Below, piece by piece: positions 1-11,859 of a stretch of 64,000 bases of DNA. Below the pieces are notes generated by a model, which saw only the letters and a list, made by a program, of their open reading frames with translations, did not search any database and had not been told where the DNA came from. A program made the position numbers and the translations under genes. This DNA comes from Felis catus (lineage: Eukaryota): positions 110,176,001-110,240,000 of the forward strand of contig NC_058373.1 in NCBI RefSeq assembly GCF_018350175.1, in the 5' to 3' direction. Positions within the stretch are counted from its first letter, which is position 1, and the number at the start of each line of letters is the position of its first letter.

Positions 1-1089
1 GAAGCGGAGAGTGTGATCTTGACCCACCTTCAGGAACAAACAAACATCTGTAAGGATCTAAATGTGTTCGAAAGATTATTTCTGGATGACCAGTTGAAAA
101 ACCTTAAGACTAGAGCCCATAGAACGCAAAGATTAATTCAAAGTAAATGTAAGGAAGTGGAACACAAGATCCATTTTTACAGAGAATTCCATGAAAAAAC
201 ATCTGTGCTTCAGAAGGAGGTTGACCATATACGGCACAACGAACTGCTGCTAAATCAAGAAATAAATCAAGATGTTGAAAAGGAGCTCTGTGGCCTTAAA
301 GACCAACTCACTGGTATTCAGTCTAGTATCCTACAGCTACGGAAACTCAAAGAAGTGTTTGAATGTATAGGACTAAGCTGGGATGGTTCCCAACTTGACC
401 AATTACACACCCAAGTAGTTGAGAAAGAAAAGGAACTCGAGGAAAAAATTAAGCAGTTGGCAGACCATGTGGCAGACCATGGCAGATATCAGGCATCACT
501 AAGTAAATTGAGGGCTATGGACTTGCAAATTAAGAAAAGAGCCGAAGCGGTGCTAGAAATGCCCCAGACCTCACCAGAAAGGAGTTTGCTCGATGCTCAG
601 ATTTTGAATCGGAGAATTGAGAAAGCCATGTGCTTGTGTCAAGAGATACTAAAGAAATTGAATGAAAGTAAGGCCTTTGATGACACCTTCAAAGAGAAAG
701 AAATGCCGCGGATAAAGCTGTATGCAGAAGAAAATGACAAGTTACGCAAGGTTCTCCAAAACAGCATACTAAAATCCCAACCCAAAGAAGTGAACGAACA
801 GAGTTTTCAGGACAAACTGGAAAATTCCTTACATGTTTTGAAGCAGATAAAATCTCAGTTAGAGCAGCCTTTGCTTATAAATTTGGACATTGAACATATT
901 CAAAATGAGAAGGATAATTGTGAAGCATTTCAAGAGCAAGTTCAGGCAGAAATGGATAGCGTGAAAGCTGTGACCATCATTGAGAAGCAAAGAGAAGAAA
1001 ATTCTCCTGGAGCTAATGATGTGGAGGCAAAATTACGTGACATTGAAGATCTTCACATGCAGCTTGCTACGAGCCTTGATTTGCGCACA
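1..1089 (+). CDS. SYNE2: Nesprin-2 large internal coding exon (5' part outside window)
   Basis: Frame open from position 1 to donor ACA|gtaggt at 1090 (phase 0); helical, E/K/Q/L-rich spectrin-repeat-like peptide recognised as nesprin-2. Confidence 0.93.
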
Positions 1090-1651
1090 GTAGGTTTTTT
1101 TTTCAATTAGGTGGTTAATGCATTTCTTTTTATTGCATGGTTTTAGCTTTTACTCTAGGTAATATCTGTGCTTCTTCAGCAGTTATAGGTTCTACATGAA
1201 TAGGTTCTCCATAGAATAGCCATTTAAAAGAAACTTGCGGTGGACCAGTTTACAATCCCACCTCAATTGACATCTAAATACAGTGCTTTATAGACAGGAA
1301 AGAGAAATGTGAAGCCTTTACTTCTATACCCCTGGCAACCCCTGTTGAGTTCAGACGGAGTTTGGTTTTGGTTTGTGTTTTTAGAAATAGTGAGGCATAG
1401 TGGAAGAAATATAATGTAGAGAAAATAACATAAAATAATAACTCCGCGTTCATTTAGAACTTACAGTGTCTGGGAACCGTGCTGAATACTGTGTTTTTAA
1501 TCCTCATAGCAACTCTGTTGGGGGGGGGGTGCTATCATTAGCTCTATTTCAAAATAAGGAAATTTAAGTTCAGGAACATCAACAGTTTTCTCAGGCTCCT
1601 GCATCAGGAACAGAACAGGATTCGAGTCAAGGTCTGTCTGATTTTAGAGCT

Positions 1652-1869
1652 TGGGTCATCAAATGAAGGTTCATGGGCCAAATCTGCCCATGGTGCCTGA
1701 TTTTGTAAATAAAGTTTTATTGTATCATGGCCATGCTCATTTCTTTAGAGAATGTCTATGCTCCTTTCCTGCTACACCAGCAGGGTTGAGTAGTTGTGAT
1801 AGTCCAGATGGCGGGCAAAGCCTAAAATATTTAGTCTGGCCCTCGACAAGAAAAGTTTGCTGACCTCTG
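1652..1869. mobile_element. MER58A-like hAT (Charlie) MITE
   Basis: Recognised motifs 'ttttgtaaataaagttttattg', 'gagtagttgtga', 'gcaaagcctaaaatattta' and the 'aagtttgctgacctctg' terminus. Confidence 0.8.
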
Positions 1870-2370
1870 GTGTTGTAGAATGAGTCCAACATACTCCCTC
1901 CTTTTCCACAATAATTAGGAGAGATAGCTTAGGCATTGCTGGAACACTTGTACTTAATATAATGCCTTTCACTGTATTTTCAGAATTGTCACATTAAACT
2001 TATAGAATGGGGAAATGAACTCCCTTCATTGATTTAAAGAGTTATTAGATAATATTTCAATATTTGATAGGTATAAACGCTATAGAAATGTAAGGTCATA
2101 CTGTGAATCCTACTATGTTCTTTAAATTGATACTTAACAAATGTTGAGTAAATTCAGTACTTCTTTATTTGATTTTAATACAGTTTCCAGGAACAATGAC
2201 ATAAATCTCTAAAATAATAGGATTAGAGCTGGACTGGAAGGGACCTTTAAAGTTGTTTACATCAACTATTTGTTATTTCAGCAAGAAGACTATGGTCTGG
2301 ATACATTAAGTGATGTGTTCAAAACTAAAATTTGTGGCAGAGCCATTTATTTGAAAACACAAGAAATCTT

Positions 2371-2607
2371 TTTTTTTTTTATTAACGTTTTTTTTTTTTT
2401 ATTTTTATTTTTTTTTATTTTTGGGACAGAGAGAGACAGAGCATAAACGGGGGAGGGGCAGAGAGAGAGGGAGACACAGAATCGGAAACAGGCTCCAGGC
2501 TCTGAGCCATCAGCCCAGAGCCTGACGTGGGGCTCGAACTCACGGACCGCGAGATCGTGACCTGGCTGAAGTCGGATGCTTAACCGACTGCACCACCCAG
2601 GCGCCCC
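2371..2607 (-). mobile_element. Young felid CAN-SINE (SINEC_Fc type)
   Basis: tRNA-derived head, (CT)n and poly(A) on the minus strand; exact 18-bp TSD gaaaacacaagaaatctt at 2353-2370 and 2608-2625. Confidence 0.95.
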
Positions 2608-2999
2608 GAAAACACAAGAAATCTTGGCGGGGGTGTGTTTTCTTTTTATGCCCCCAACAAATATTGGTTAAAGCTATACACATTAAATATATGCGATTGC
2701 TTTATTTAGTTCATAGTCTAATGTAAGAGTTCTAGAACAGGAATGCGTATCATTAGACATGATGCCTGAGATGTATTTTTGAATTTAGAGTAGATTTAGC
2801 AAATCTGGAAGCAGTTTTTCTTTATGCAAACAGAAAGTTATTGGTCTTTATGTGCTAGCCTAATGTTGCCAAACTAAGTAGGAGACGCTAACTCTTGCAA
2901 GACCCAGACATATTATGAATGCACTACAAAAATTCAAGAATGATAAAAATCCCCAGAGTTTGCCAGCTTTGTCACAGTGTTTCATCTCCTGTTCACCAG

Positions 3000-3322
3000 G
3001 ATGTCTTGAATGATGCTGATGAAAGTATGACACGCTATAATGAGGCAGTCACTAGGGCGATGGGGATCCTTACTGCCCGTGAAGCCATTATTGCATCCCA
3101 TAGAATAGACCTTGCTGATCCGGAAGAATCGCTGGAGATATCTCACTGGAAACAAGAGGAGTTGCAGTCCACAATAGCAGACATCCAGGACCTTACTGAG
3201 AAATTGGGGACTGTATCCAGCCCTGAAGCCAAACAACAACTCCAGTGTACTATACATGGGTTAGTTTTGAAGGACTCAGCCGTGAGGGAGGCAGCCAAAA
3301 TAAAGGAGGCTGAAATAGAAGG
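3000..3322 (+). CDS. SYNE2: Nesprin-2 coding exon (DVLNDADES...EAEIEG)
   Basis: Acceptor ccag|GAT, donor GG|gtaggt; phase 0 to 2, fits both neighbours. Confidence 0.92.
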
Positions 3323-3449
3323 GTAGGTACTTCTTTCTAAAGGTAATGCTTTAAGAACAAAATTAAGGTTTATTTTTCTTTATAGTTAACATTTACCAAT
3401 TGGCAATAATTTGGAAAATATGGAAAACTTTAAAAATCACTACCTGCAT

Positions 3450-3650
3450 GGGGCGCCTGGGTGGCTCAGTCTGTTGGGTGTCCGACTTCGGCTGAGGTCA
3501 TGATCTAACGGTTCATGGTTCGAGCCCAGCATCCGGCTCTGTGCTGACAGCTCGGACCTTGGGGCCTGCTTTGGATTCCCTCTCTCTCTGCCCCTCCCCT
3601 GCTCATGCTCTGTCTCTCTGTCTCTCAAGAATGAATAAACGTTAAAAATT
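3450..3650 (+). mobile_element. CAN-SINE
   Basis: ggggcgcctgggtggctcagtc head, CT tract, aataaa tail; flanking aaatcacta duplication. Confidence 0.9.
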
Positions 3651-4029
3651 TTTTTCTTTTTAAATCACTATCTATAGAAAACCATAGCAAATGTTTTATT
3701 GTATTTTTTTTACCTTTTTCCTTATTTAATGTTGAATACATACAACAGAATGCTTATAAAAGTCTGCATATGATATCAAGGATAATAATAAAATAAACAA
3801 CTTTGTCCCTAAAGGTTCAAAGGTAAACATCATGACTTTTGACTTCTCTTGTGTGGTCCTTTCTTCTCCTCAGAATTAATCATTATCCCCAATATTTTAT
3901 TTACCACTTTCTTTCCTTTTTAAAATATTTTTTCTATGTGTTTATGCTTCATTTTCATGTATGTGTGTTCCTCTGTCACCTCATTTTTTTCAAACTCATC
4001 ATTTTGATGCTGAAGTTTATTCATGTTCT

Positions 4030-4500
4030 TGTCTATAGCAAAATTCAGTTACCTAGCTATTGACAGACATTTGAGTTTTTCTACTTTTTGCCTTCACAAC
4101 TAGTGCCAATAGGAACATTTTTAAATGTGAGAGGTTCACTTGAATAGTTACTGAGGATTCTGGTGTTGAATCAAAAGGTAGGCACATCTCACATTTTAAA
4201 TTCCAAATAATTTTACCTACTTCTACTCAGACTAGTATTTCGGCAACATAGTCTATTCCAACTGTTTCGTATCTTCGCCAGTACTCGATGTTGGGAGATT
4301 TAAGTTTTGCCAGTCTGATGGATGAAAAGTGGTATTTCATTATGGTTTTAATTTGCATCTCTGTTATATTAATGTATTTGAGCCCCTTTATTGAATATTT
4401 CTTGGTCATTCGTATTTCATCTTCAGAAAGATGCCTGTCCAAGCCATTGCCCAATTTTTATTGAGTTGCCCATACTTTTTCTTATTAATTTGTAGAAATG
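4030..4500 (-). mobile_element. Old L1 fragment
   Basis: Minus-strand peptide 'EMQIKTIMKYHF...RLAK' resembles the L1 ORF2 C-terminus. Confidence 0.65.
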
Positions 4501-4914
4501 TATGCTGTATTTTGCAGGCTGGTCCTTTGTGGTTATATATATTATAAATATCTTGACAGAGAAAGTTTCCTATTTAAAACCTATCCTGGGTTGAGGCTTT
4601 ATCCTCTGTCCCCTCAGCGTTCCAGGAAAAGGTTAATAGAACTGAAACTCAGCAAATGCCGTCAAAGTCTTTGTCCCTAAAGCTCAGCTTGTTTCTCTGT
4701 ATTTCCACGTCCATATAGTTTGGGAGCCTCTGAATATTTCTTACCTCCTTTCTAGTTCATTATTATATTTTAATAATTTTTAAAATATATATTTGATACT
4801 AAAGTTTTCATTGTTTTCAGTGAGAGACTGAGACGGTATCAATTTTAGACACATAACTGTATTCATAGTTTTTTAATACATCAGAACACTACCCTTCATA
4901 AAAAGATGCTCCTT

Positions 4915-5148
4915 GGGGTGCCTGGGTGGCGCAGTCGGTTAAGCGTCCGACTTCAGCCAGGTCACGATCTCGCGGTCCGTGAGTTCGAGCCCCGCGTCGG
5001 GCTCTGGGCTGATGGCTCAGAGCCTGGAGCCTGTTTCCGATTCTGTGTCTCCCTCTCTCTCTGCCCCTCCCCCGTTCATGCTCTGTCTCTCTCTGCCCCA
5101 AAAATAAATAAACGTTGAAGAAAAAAAAAAAATTAAAAAAAAAAAAAA
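4915..5148 (+). mobile_element. Young felid CAN-SINE (SINEC_Fc type)
   Basis: Near-consensus body with intact CpGs; TSD aaaagatgct(c/g)ctt. Confidence 0.95.
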
Positions 5149-5310
5149 GATGCTGCTTATCCTTTGCTTTAAAACATGTGCTCTTTTCCTTATTGTAACA
5201 AAACTTCACAAAGGTAATTGTATTTGCTATTAAATATTTTACAAAATGGATGGTTGTAATTTACTTAGCTATATCTTTTGTTACGTATAAGGTATGTTCC
5301 AATTTTTGAC

Positions 5311-5521
5311 ATTTTTAATTTTTTAATTATTTATTTGTTTTTGAGAGAGAGCATGCTTGTGAGTAGGGGAGGGGCAGAGAGAGAAGGAGAGAGAGAATCT
5401 TAAGCAGGCTCCACACTCAGCACGGAGCCCGATGTGGGGCTCAGTCTTACCACCCTGAGATCATGACCTGAGTGGAAATCAAGAGTTGTGCGCTTAACTG
5501 ACTGAGCCACCCAGGCACCCC
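5311..5521 (-). mobile_element. CAN-SINE
   Basis: Minus-strand SINE body ending gagccacccaggcaccc. Confidence 0.88.
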
Positions 5522-5979
5522 TGCTATTTTAATTAAGAGTTTAATAAGTAAAAAGATTTTACTGTGTAAAAGGTTTTATCAGGTTTAGAATAAATTCCTA
5601 CTGTGAGGATTAGTTCCTTAAGATAAATTGCAGAAGTTGGATTAATGGTTCAAAAGATATGAGCATTTTTAAGACTGAGTGGTTTTTGTAAGAATTATAT
5701 CAATTTATAGCTCATTTGCAGTGTTTGAGAGTGCAGTTTTACAATTTACGTGTTTTGAGGAAAGTCTTATCTGCCTGTTCAAGTTTGCATTAAAAGTCTT
5801 ATGCAGGTCCCTGTGAAGAAGAGGTAATCAATAAAAATTTGGTGTAATACGCTGAATAAGAAAAAGAGAATTACATTCTGTTTTTTATTAAGCGTTCAGA
5901 ATTCATTCCGGGTAATCCAGAATATATTATACTAAATAAAATTTAATATCCTTTCTTTTTTCCTAACGGTGCTTTATAG

Positions 5980-6124
5980 GTGTCTCGAGAATTACAAATG
6001 CTATAGGAAAATTAAAGAGAAAATTTGCACTCACCTCAGTCAAATGGAGACAGTTCTTGGGCAGTCCATGTTCCCGTTGCCAGTGTCTTACAAGGAGGCT
6101 TTAGAGCGCTTGGAACAGAGCAAG
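5980..6124 (+). CDS. SYNE2: Nesprin-2 coding exon (CLENYK...LEQSK)
   Basis: Acceptor tttatag|G, donor AAG|gtaata; phase 2 to 0. Confidence 0.92.
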
Positions 6125-6944
6125 GTAATAGTATTTGCAAATCTCCAGTAAGATTTGATGCAGAAAATCAGAAGGAAGAACAGGTGGCGGCAGCAGGGAA
6201 TGTGGCTCTGTTATGACCCACAGAAATCTCCCACCTGAATTGGACACTCAAAACACCCCAAACCAAAAGCTGAGGGGAACCATGAAACAGTGGTTCTGAG
6301 AGATTTCATGGGTTGGATTCACAGGACTGTAGCAAACTCGTAGCAGATTGTTCTTAGTGATCATTCTTTCAGAAGCTTTACCTTTCTTGTTATTTTGTGG
6401 ATGTTGCTGGATCAATGACAGAGAATTTAATGCAACTATCGTTAAGTCTAAACTCTGGCTACTTCTTATTCTTAGTGTGCAATTTTTGTTTTTGTTTCTT
6501 TTCATCTGTTAAAAGCTATGGTATTACATTATTAGGATTTGAATGAAAGCATTCTGAGTCATCTGTGCTTAATACCTACCACATATCAACAAACAAACAA
6601 ATACATATACAAAAACCTGAAATAATACATTGGTGGTTGATAAGTATTGTTCAGATTAACTACCTAGTAAGATATGAGACTAACATTAAAATAACAATGA
6701 TCTTTTAAGAAATCTACCTTTCAAAACACTTTCTTTTTGTCACCATAGTTCCAAATTCGTGTGCAACCCAGTAATACTTAAGGCAGTTCTAATCTGTCTT
6801 AAATTGGCTTCCAAAAGGACGAACAAATAGAGCAGATAACACTTGGGGATGATTGAGAATCAATTCCTCAAGATGGTAAGAAGTTCATAAGTTTCAGAAA
6901 GATCAATAGGCATTATATTCCTCCTCTTCCTTTTCTTTCCTAAG

Positions 6945-7163
6945 GCCTTGGGGTCAAATCTTACATCAACCAAAGAAGAGTTAATGAAACTACGCCGGGT
7001 CCACAGACACATAAGACCCATGTGCACAGACAGCGACGACGTGTGTCTGCTCAGAACCACGTCAGCTCTGTGGGACAAATGGTTGAGTTTGCTAGAGGCT
7101 GCCAAAGAGTGGGAGATTTGGTGTGAAGAACTAAAGAGGGAGTGGAAATCTGTCAGTGAAGAA
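6945..7163 (+). CDS. SYNE2: Nesprin-2 coding exon (ALGSNL...WKSVSEE)
   Basis: Long pyrimidine tract then taag|GCC; donor GAA|gtaagt; 219 nt, phase 0-0; Trp-containing spectrin-repeat helix. Confidence 0.93.
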
Positions 7164-7478
7164 GTAAGTGCTTCATTTTCAACATTATAACCAGTTTCCT
7201 AACAATTGTCATCTACATTGTTGTGCTACTTGGCGGTTTGTTTTTATATAAAACAAGTCCTCAACCGGTACCCTTTGTTCATACCACAGGCACGTAGCAC
7301 ATAAATGTTCATAGAGGTCAGGTCCTAGTAAAATCATCTCCAAGAAATGGTTCAAATTCTTTCTTAAAAGTGCCAATGTTTTTGGCATCAGGTAATACTT
7401 ATAAATAAGTATTTGCTCGCTGGAGCTTTAAAATCTTTATTGTACCTATAAGTTAACCCCTCTTAAAGATAACTGTCT

Positions 7479-8336
7479 TGGCGTGCCTGGGTGGCTGAGT
7501 CGGTTAAGCATCTGATGCTTGTTTTTGGCTCAGATGATGATCTTAGGGTTGTGAGATCGAATCCTGCTTCAGCTCACTGCTGGACATGGAGACTACTTGA
7601 GATTCTCTCTCTATCTCTCGCTCTTTTTCCTTCTCTCTCTCTCTCTCTGTCCCTCCCCTGCTCATGCTTGCTCTCTCACAGTCTCTCTCTCTAAAAAAAA
7701 AAAAAAAAAAAAATTGTCCCTACACAACACCAAAGGTTAGAATTAGGTGATATTCACAATAACCAACTAATTTTGAATTTAACTGTTTATCAGCTATGGA
7801 AATTAATTCTAATGGTTAAAGTATGGAGTTAAAAATATGTATGACAGGGGCGCCTGGGTGGTGCAGTCGGTTAAGCATCCGACTTCAACCAGGTCACGAT
7901 CTCACGGTCCGGGAGTTCGAGCCCCGCGTCGGGCTCTGGGCTGATGGCTCAGAGCCTGGAGCCTGTTTCCGATTCTGTGTCTCCCTCTCTCTCTGCCCCT
8001 CCCCCGTTCATGCTGTGTTTCTCTCTGTCTCAAAAATAAATAAACGTTAAAAAAAAATTAAAAAAAAAATATGTATGACACTCTTTCTGAAAACGCTCTC
8101 AAAGAAAATCTCCATAATAGGGGTGCCAGGATGGCTCAGTTAAACGTCTGACTCTTGATTTTGGCTCAGGTCATGATCTTGGGGTCACGGAATTGAGCCT
8201 CATGTACGGCTCCACGATGACAGCACGGAGCTTGCTTGGGATTCTCTCTCTTTCCCTCTCTCTCTCTGCCCCTTCCCTGCTTGCCTTCTCTCTCTTTCTC
8301 TCTCAAAATAAATAAACAAACTAAAAAAAAAAAAAA
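7479..8336 (+). mobile_element. Three tandem plus-strand CAN-SINEs (about 7479-7712, 7847-8069, 8120-8336)
   Basis: Three heads, CT tracts and poly(A) tails; TSD aaaaatatgtatgaca around the middle copy. Confidence 0.9.
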
Positions 8337-8951
8337 GCTCTCCATAATATATATCAATCACAGATGTTAATTTAAGCATGATTCAGGATTTAGGCCATCA
8401 CATATATTTAGAAAGGAAATTTAAAAATAGTATAAAATTATCTTCGGGTGTTCCTTAATCTATCAGGTATAAACGAAGCACAAATCAGAACATTAAATGA
8501 AAACCTTTCTCTCTTATTCATGTCAAAATTCCTGCTAACTTTACTTAAGAGAGAAATATAATGAATCAGTACTTGATTTGGGATAGAAATGTTTAGCACT
8601 GGCATATTTTCCTGCTTAAAACTTGATCTTCTTGCCTTTTGCCTCATTGCATCCGAGAGAGCACGATAGGTCATCAGCAGCTCTATTGAAGCCATGGGAG
8701 AAAATTCGGCCAGGGTCTTCATTCTTGCCCTGTCTGCTCAAACTGGCACAGTCTGATCCAGAAATAATGGCCTCAGTAATAATTGCCTAGTAAATAATTG
8801 CCACCAGTGTTTACGTCCGTGTGGAGAGGATATAGGCTTCGTCAAGGTGGATTAAGTGAACTTCCTTAAATGAGTCATCCAAGATACCTACCTTACTGCA
8901 GAATAATAAAATAATATAAAGAAAAGAAAAAAGAAAAATACTTGATATTCT

Positions 8952-9173
8952 TTTTTCTTTTTTTAATTTTTTCAATGTTTATTTTTTGAGGGAGAGAGAG
9001 GGCAAGTCGGGGAGGGGCAGAGAGAGAGAGAGAGGGACACACAGAATCCCAAGCAGGCTCCAGGCTCTGAGCTGTCATCCCAGAGTCGGACACAGGGCCT
9101 GAACTCACAGACCTCCAGATCATGACCTGAGCTGAAGTCGGACCCTTAACCGACTGAGCCACCCAGCCGCCCC
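8952..9173 (-). mobile_element. CAN-SINE
   Basis: TSD aaatacttgatattct on both sides. Confidence 0.9.
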
Positions 9174-10017
9174 TAAATACTTGATATTCTGGAAATGAAT
9201 AATATTTTGGTAGTGCTGGTAGGGTGTGGTTAGTACATAGACTCTTGAATGTTACAAACTTTGTAAATTTCACTTTTTTAGCCGAGCTGCTAGCCCCCAT
9301 CTTTCCCGTCCGTACTGGCACTGTTTCTTGGGTTCCTACAGGAGGCTGCGTGCCACCAAATCCTTGCATTGCTCTCAAGAGTTAAATATTTTTGCGATGT
9401 CGTTGATGGGGATACGGAGGCGCCGAGAGATTTCTGATGACACGAGACCTCCCAGGTGGCGATGGAGCTGGGGCTGCGGGACTGGGGCCACAGCTGTTGC
9501 GCTCACTGCTGTCACTTTAGAATCTGACCGGGGCCTTGCACTGAGTGGGCAGTTAGTAAACATTTCTTGAGCGACAGCTCTTATTCAAACCCAGGTCTAG
9601 GGTAATCCTGAGCTTTTACTCTTTCTATTTTGCTACATTGTCTTTCTATCGCTGTGCGCCCATTTGCAATTGTATTAATTCAGACCCCATTCATTTAGAG
9701 CTTTGTAATTATTCATCGAAGCATTTGACAATATTTGCTGGCAGAATGTGTTTTTCAGAGCATCACAAACAAAATATGCCCTCATGTAGTAATAGGAACA
9801 ACCACTCCCAACACGTGATGGGCTGGTACGGAGCGTGTGTTGGGCACAGTTCTAAGCACGTTATATGTATTATCATTTACCCTCACAAGAATCCTATGAG
9901 GTAATTACTTTTATTTTATCCTCATTTTGTAGACGAGGAAAGTGAGACACAGATGGAGTAACTTGCCCAAATTCACGAGTGAATGGTAGAAGAGGATTCA
10001 AACTTACGCTCTGGTTA

Positions 10018-10525
10018 GGGGCACCTGGGTGGCTCAGTTGGTCAAGTGTCCGACTCTGGATTTTGGCCCAGGCTGTGATCTCATGCTTCATGAGATCAAG
10101 CCCTACCTTGGGCTCCATGCTGACCATGCAGAGCCTGTTTGGTATTCTCTCTCTTTCCCCCTGTCTCTCTGCCTCTCCTGTGCTCGTGCCCTCACTCTCT
10201 CAAAATAAATAAGTAAACGTTAAAAAAATGTTTCAAACTTACACTCTGGTATTTAACCACAAAACCATCAGCTTAAATGATATTTACGCACACCAAATTG
10301 ATGTAGGATTTTAAAATTGCTTGTATCCAGGGGCACCGGGGTGGCTCAGTCGGTTAAGCGTCTGACTCTTGATTTTTGGCTCAGGTCATGATCTCACGGT
10401 TTGTGGGATCAAGCCCCTAACTGGGCTGTCTGCTGACAGTACAGAGCCTGCTTGGGATTCTCTCTCTCCCTCGCTCCCTTCCCCTCCCCCACTGTGTTCA
10501 CTCTCTTTCTCAAAATAAAAATGAA
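10018..10525 (+). mobile_element. Two CAN-SINEs (about 10018-10228, 10330-10525); the first sits at the end of a MIR-like segment
   Basis: SINE heads and tails; TSD ttcaaacttac(g/a)ctctggt around the first. Confidence 0.88.
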
Positions 10526-11169
10526 AACCTAAAATAGCTTGTGTCCATTCAATAAAAATTGTATCACCTAAACACTTGTACACTCAAGGTTCTATTGGCA
10601 GGGTTGGTGCTTTTGTGTGTGACAGAATGAATTTCTTTTTTTAAGACATTACGATAATCCCATATCTGTATGGGATAAAGGTTTTGTATCAGCAGATTTT
10701 CAAAAACTTAAAACTCTGTTTAATTGTATATTTTGAAAAATAAATTTAAATTTTGATTTACCTTTTTTCCCCCTAAAATTTTACCTTCCTGTTCTCTTAA
10801 ACAGAATCTGCTTGATTTAATTATTCGTTTCTGGTTATTCAGTCATCATTTTTGCTTTGGTGATCGTAATGTGCTAAAGTCCTGTCTCGAAAGATAATTG
10901 AAGGTAGAAGGCTGACTTCTTGCCCATGAACCCAAAGTCCAAAAGACTTTCACCGGTTCCTAAATCTCCTGGTTATGAGTATTTCAGTCTCTTTCACTCT
11001 GTTTACTTATGGTGCAACTACGGCTCCTTCTCCCTTTCTGGACTCTATAACTGACTGTGAATCTAAAAGTTTTATAACCAATATTATTAGAATTCTGTGT
11101 CCAAGGGAAATCATTCAGGTGGAAGAATGAATACATAATTTTTGTGACAACTATTTTACTGATTTGGGA

Positions 11170-11560
11170 GCTGTCTTTATCCTTTTGCGCATAAAGTCTG
11201 TTGAATTTTGTTGCACACAGGCACATGATCACCAACAAAATGAAGATATAGAACATTCTCATCACTCCAGATAGTTCCCTTGTGCACCTCTGTAATCAGT
11301 GCCTTCTGTCACCTCCAGCCCCTGGCAACCATTAATCTGTCTTGCCATTTCCAGAATGTCATATAAATGGACTGGGATAGTTTGTGCCTTTTGAGTGTGG
11401 CATTTTTTCGCTGAGCATAATGCATGGGAGATGCATTCACATTGCTGCTTGTATCAATAGTTCATTTCTTTTTCTTCCTGAGTAATACTGGGTTGGGTGC
11501 ATGTATGACAGTTTGATTATCCATCACAAGTTGAAGAATGGCCTGGCTTTTGAGTACAAT
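11170..11560 (-). mobile_element. Old L1 3'-end fragment (L1M type)
   Basis: 'agcccctggcaaccattaatctg', 'ccagaatgtcatataaatgg' and 'gtatcaatagttcatttctttt' are typical antisense L1M 3' UTR motifs. Confidence 0.7.
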
Positions 11561-11859
11561 TATTGCCCCAATAAAAATGATTTCCCTCCTTAATCACTTA
11601 CCAACTTACAGCGGACGGCAGAGCCTGAGATGGGGCTTGCAGGCAGGTGGTTTATTTTGGAAAGTGATCTCCAGGAACAGGTGTGGGGGACGAGGGGAAC
11701 TGGAACTGGGAAGGTCAGGCCTTCAGTTGCTTTACTCTTATTAGGTCATGGTTGCTGTTGTTGCTCTTCATGGAAGCACCAAGAGATGTTCCTTTAAGTT
11801 CTAGATTACAGACCTACTTCTTTCCACCCTGATGTGTATTCGAGACCCTAGATACCATT

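Noticed and set aside
3450..3530. tRNA-like A and B boxes in many places
   Set aside because: These are the tRNA-derived heads of CAN-SINEs, not tRNA genes
4889..5209. Recurrent ORFs such as 'GQRETEHERGRGRERGRHRIGNRLQALSHQP' and 'WVAQSVKRPTSAQVMIS' found many times across the window
   Set aside because: They are translations of CAN-SINE copies, not a gene family or repeat-protein system
8438..9570. Possible processed pseudogene suggested by several overlapping ORFs
   Set aside because: No recognisable protein similarity, poly(A) or TSD; ORFs partly run through a SINE
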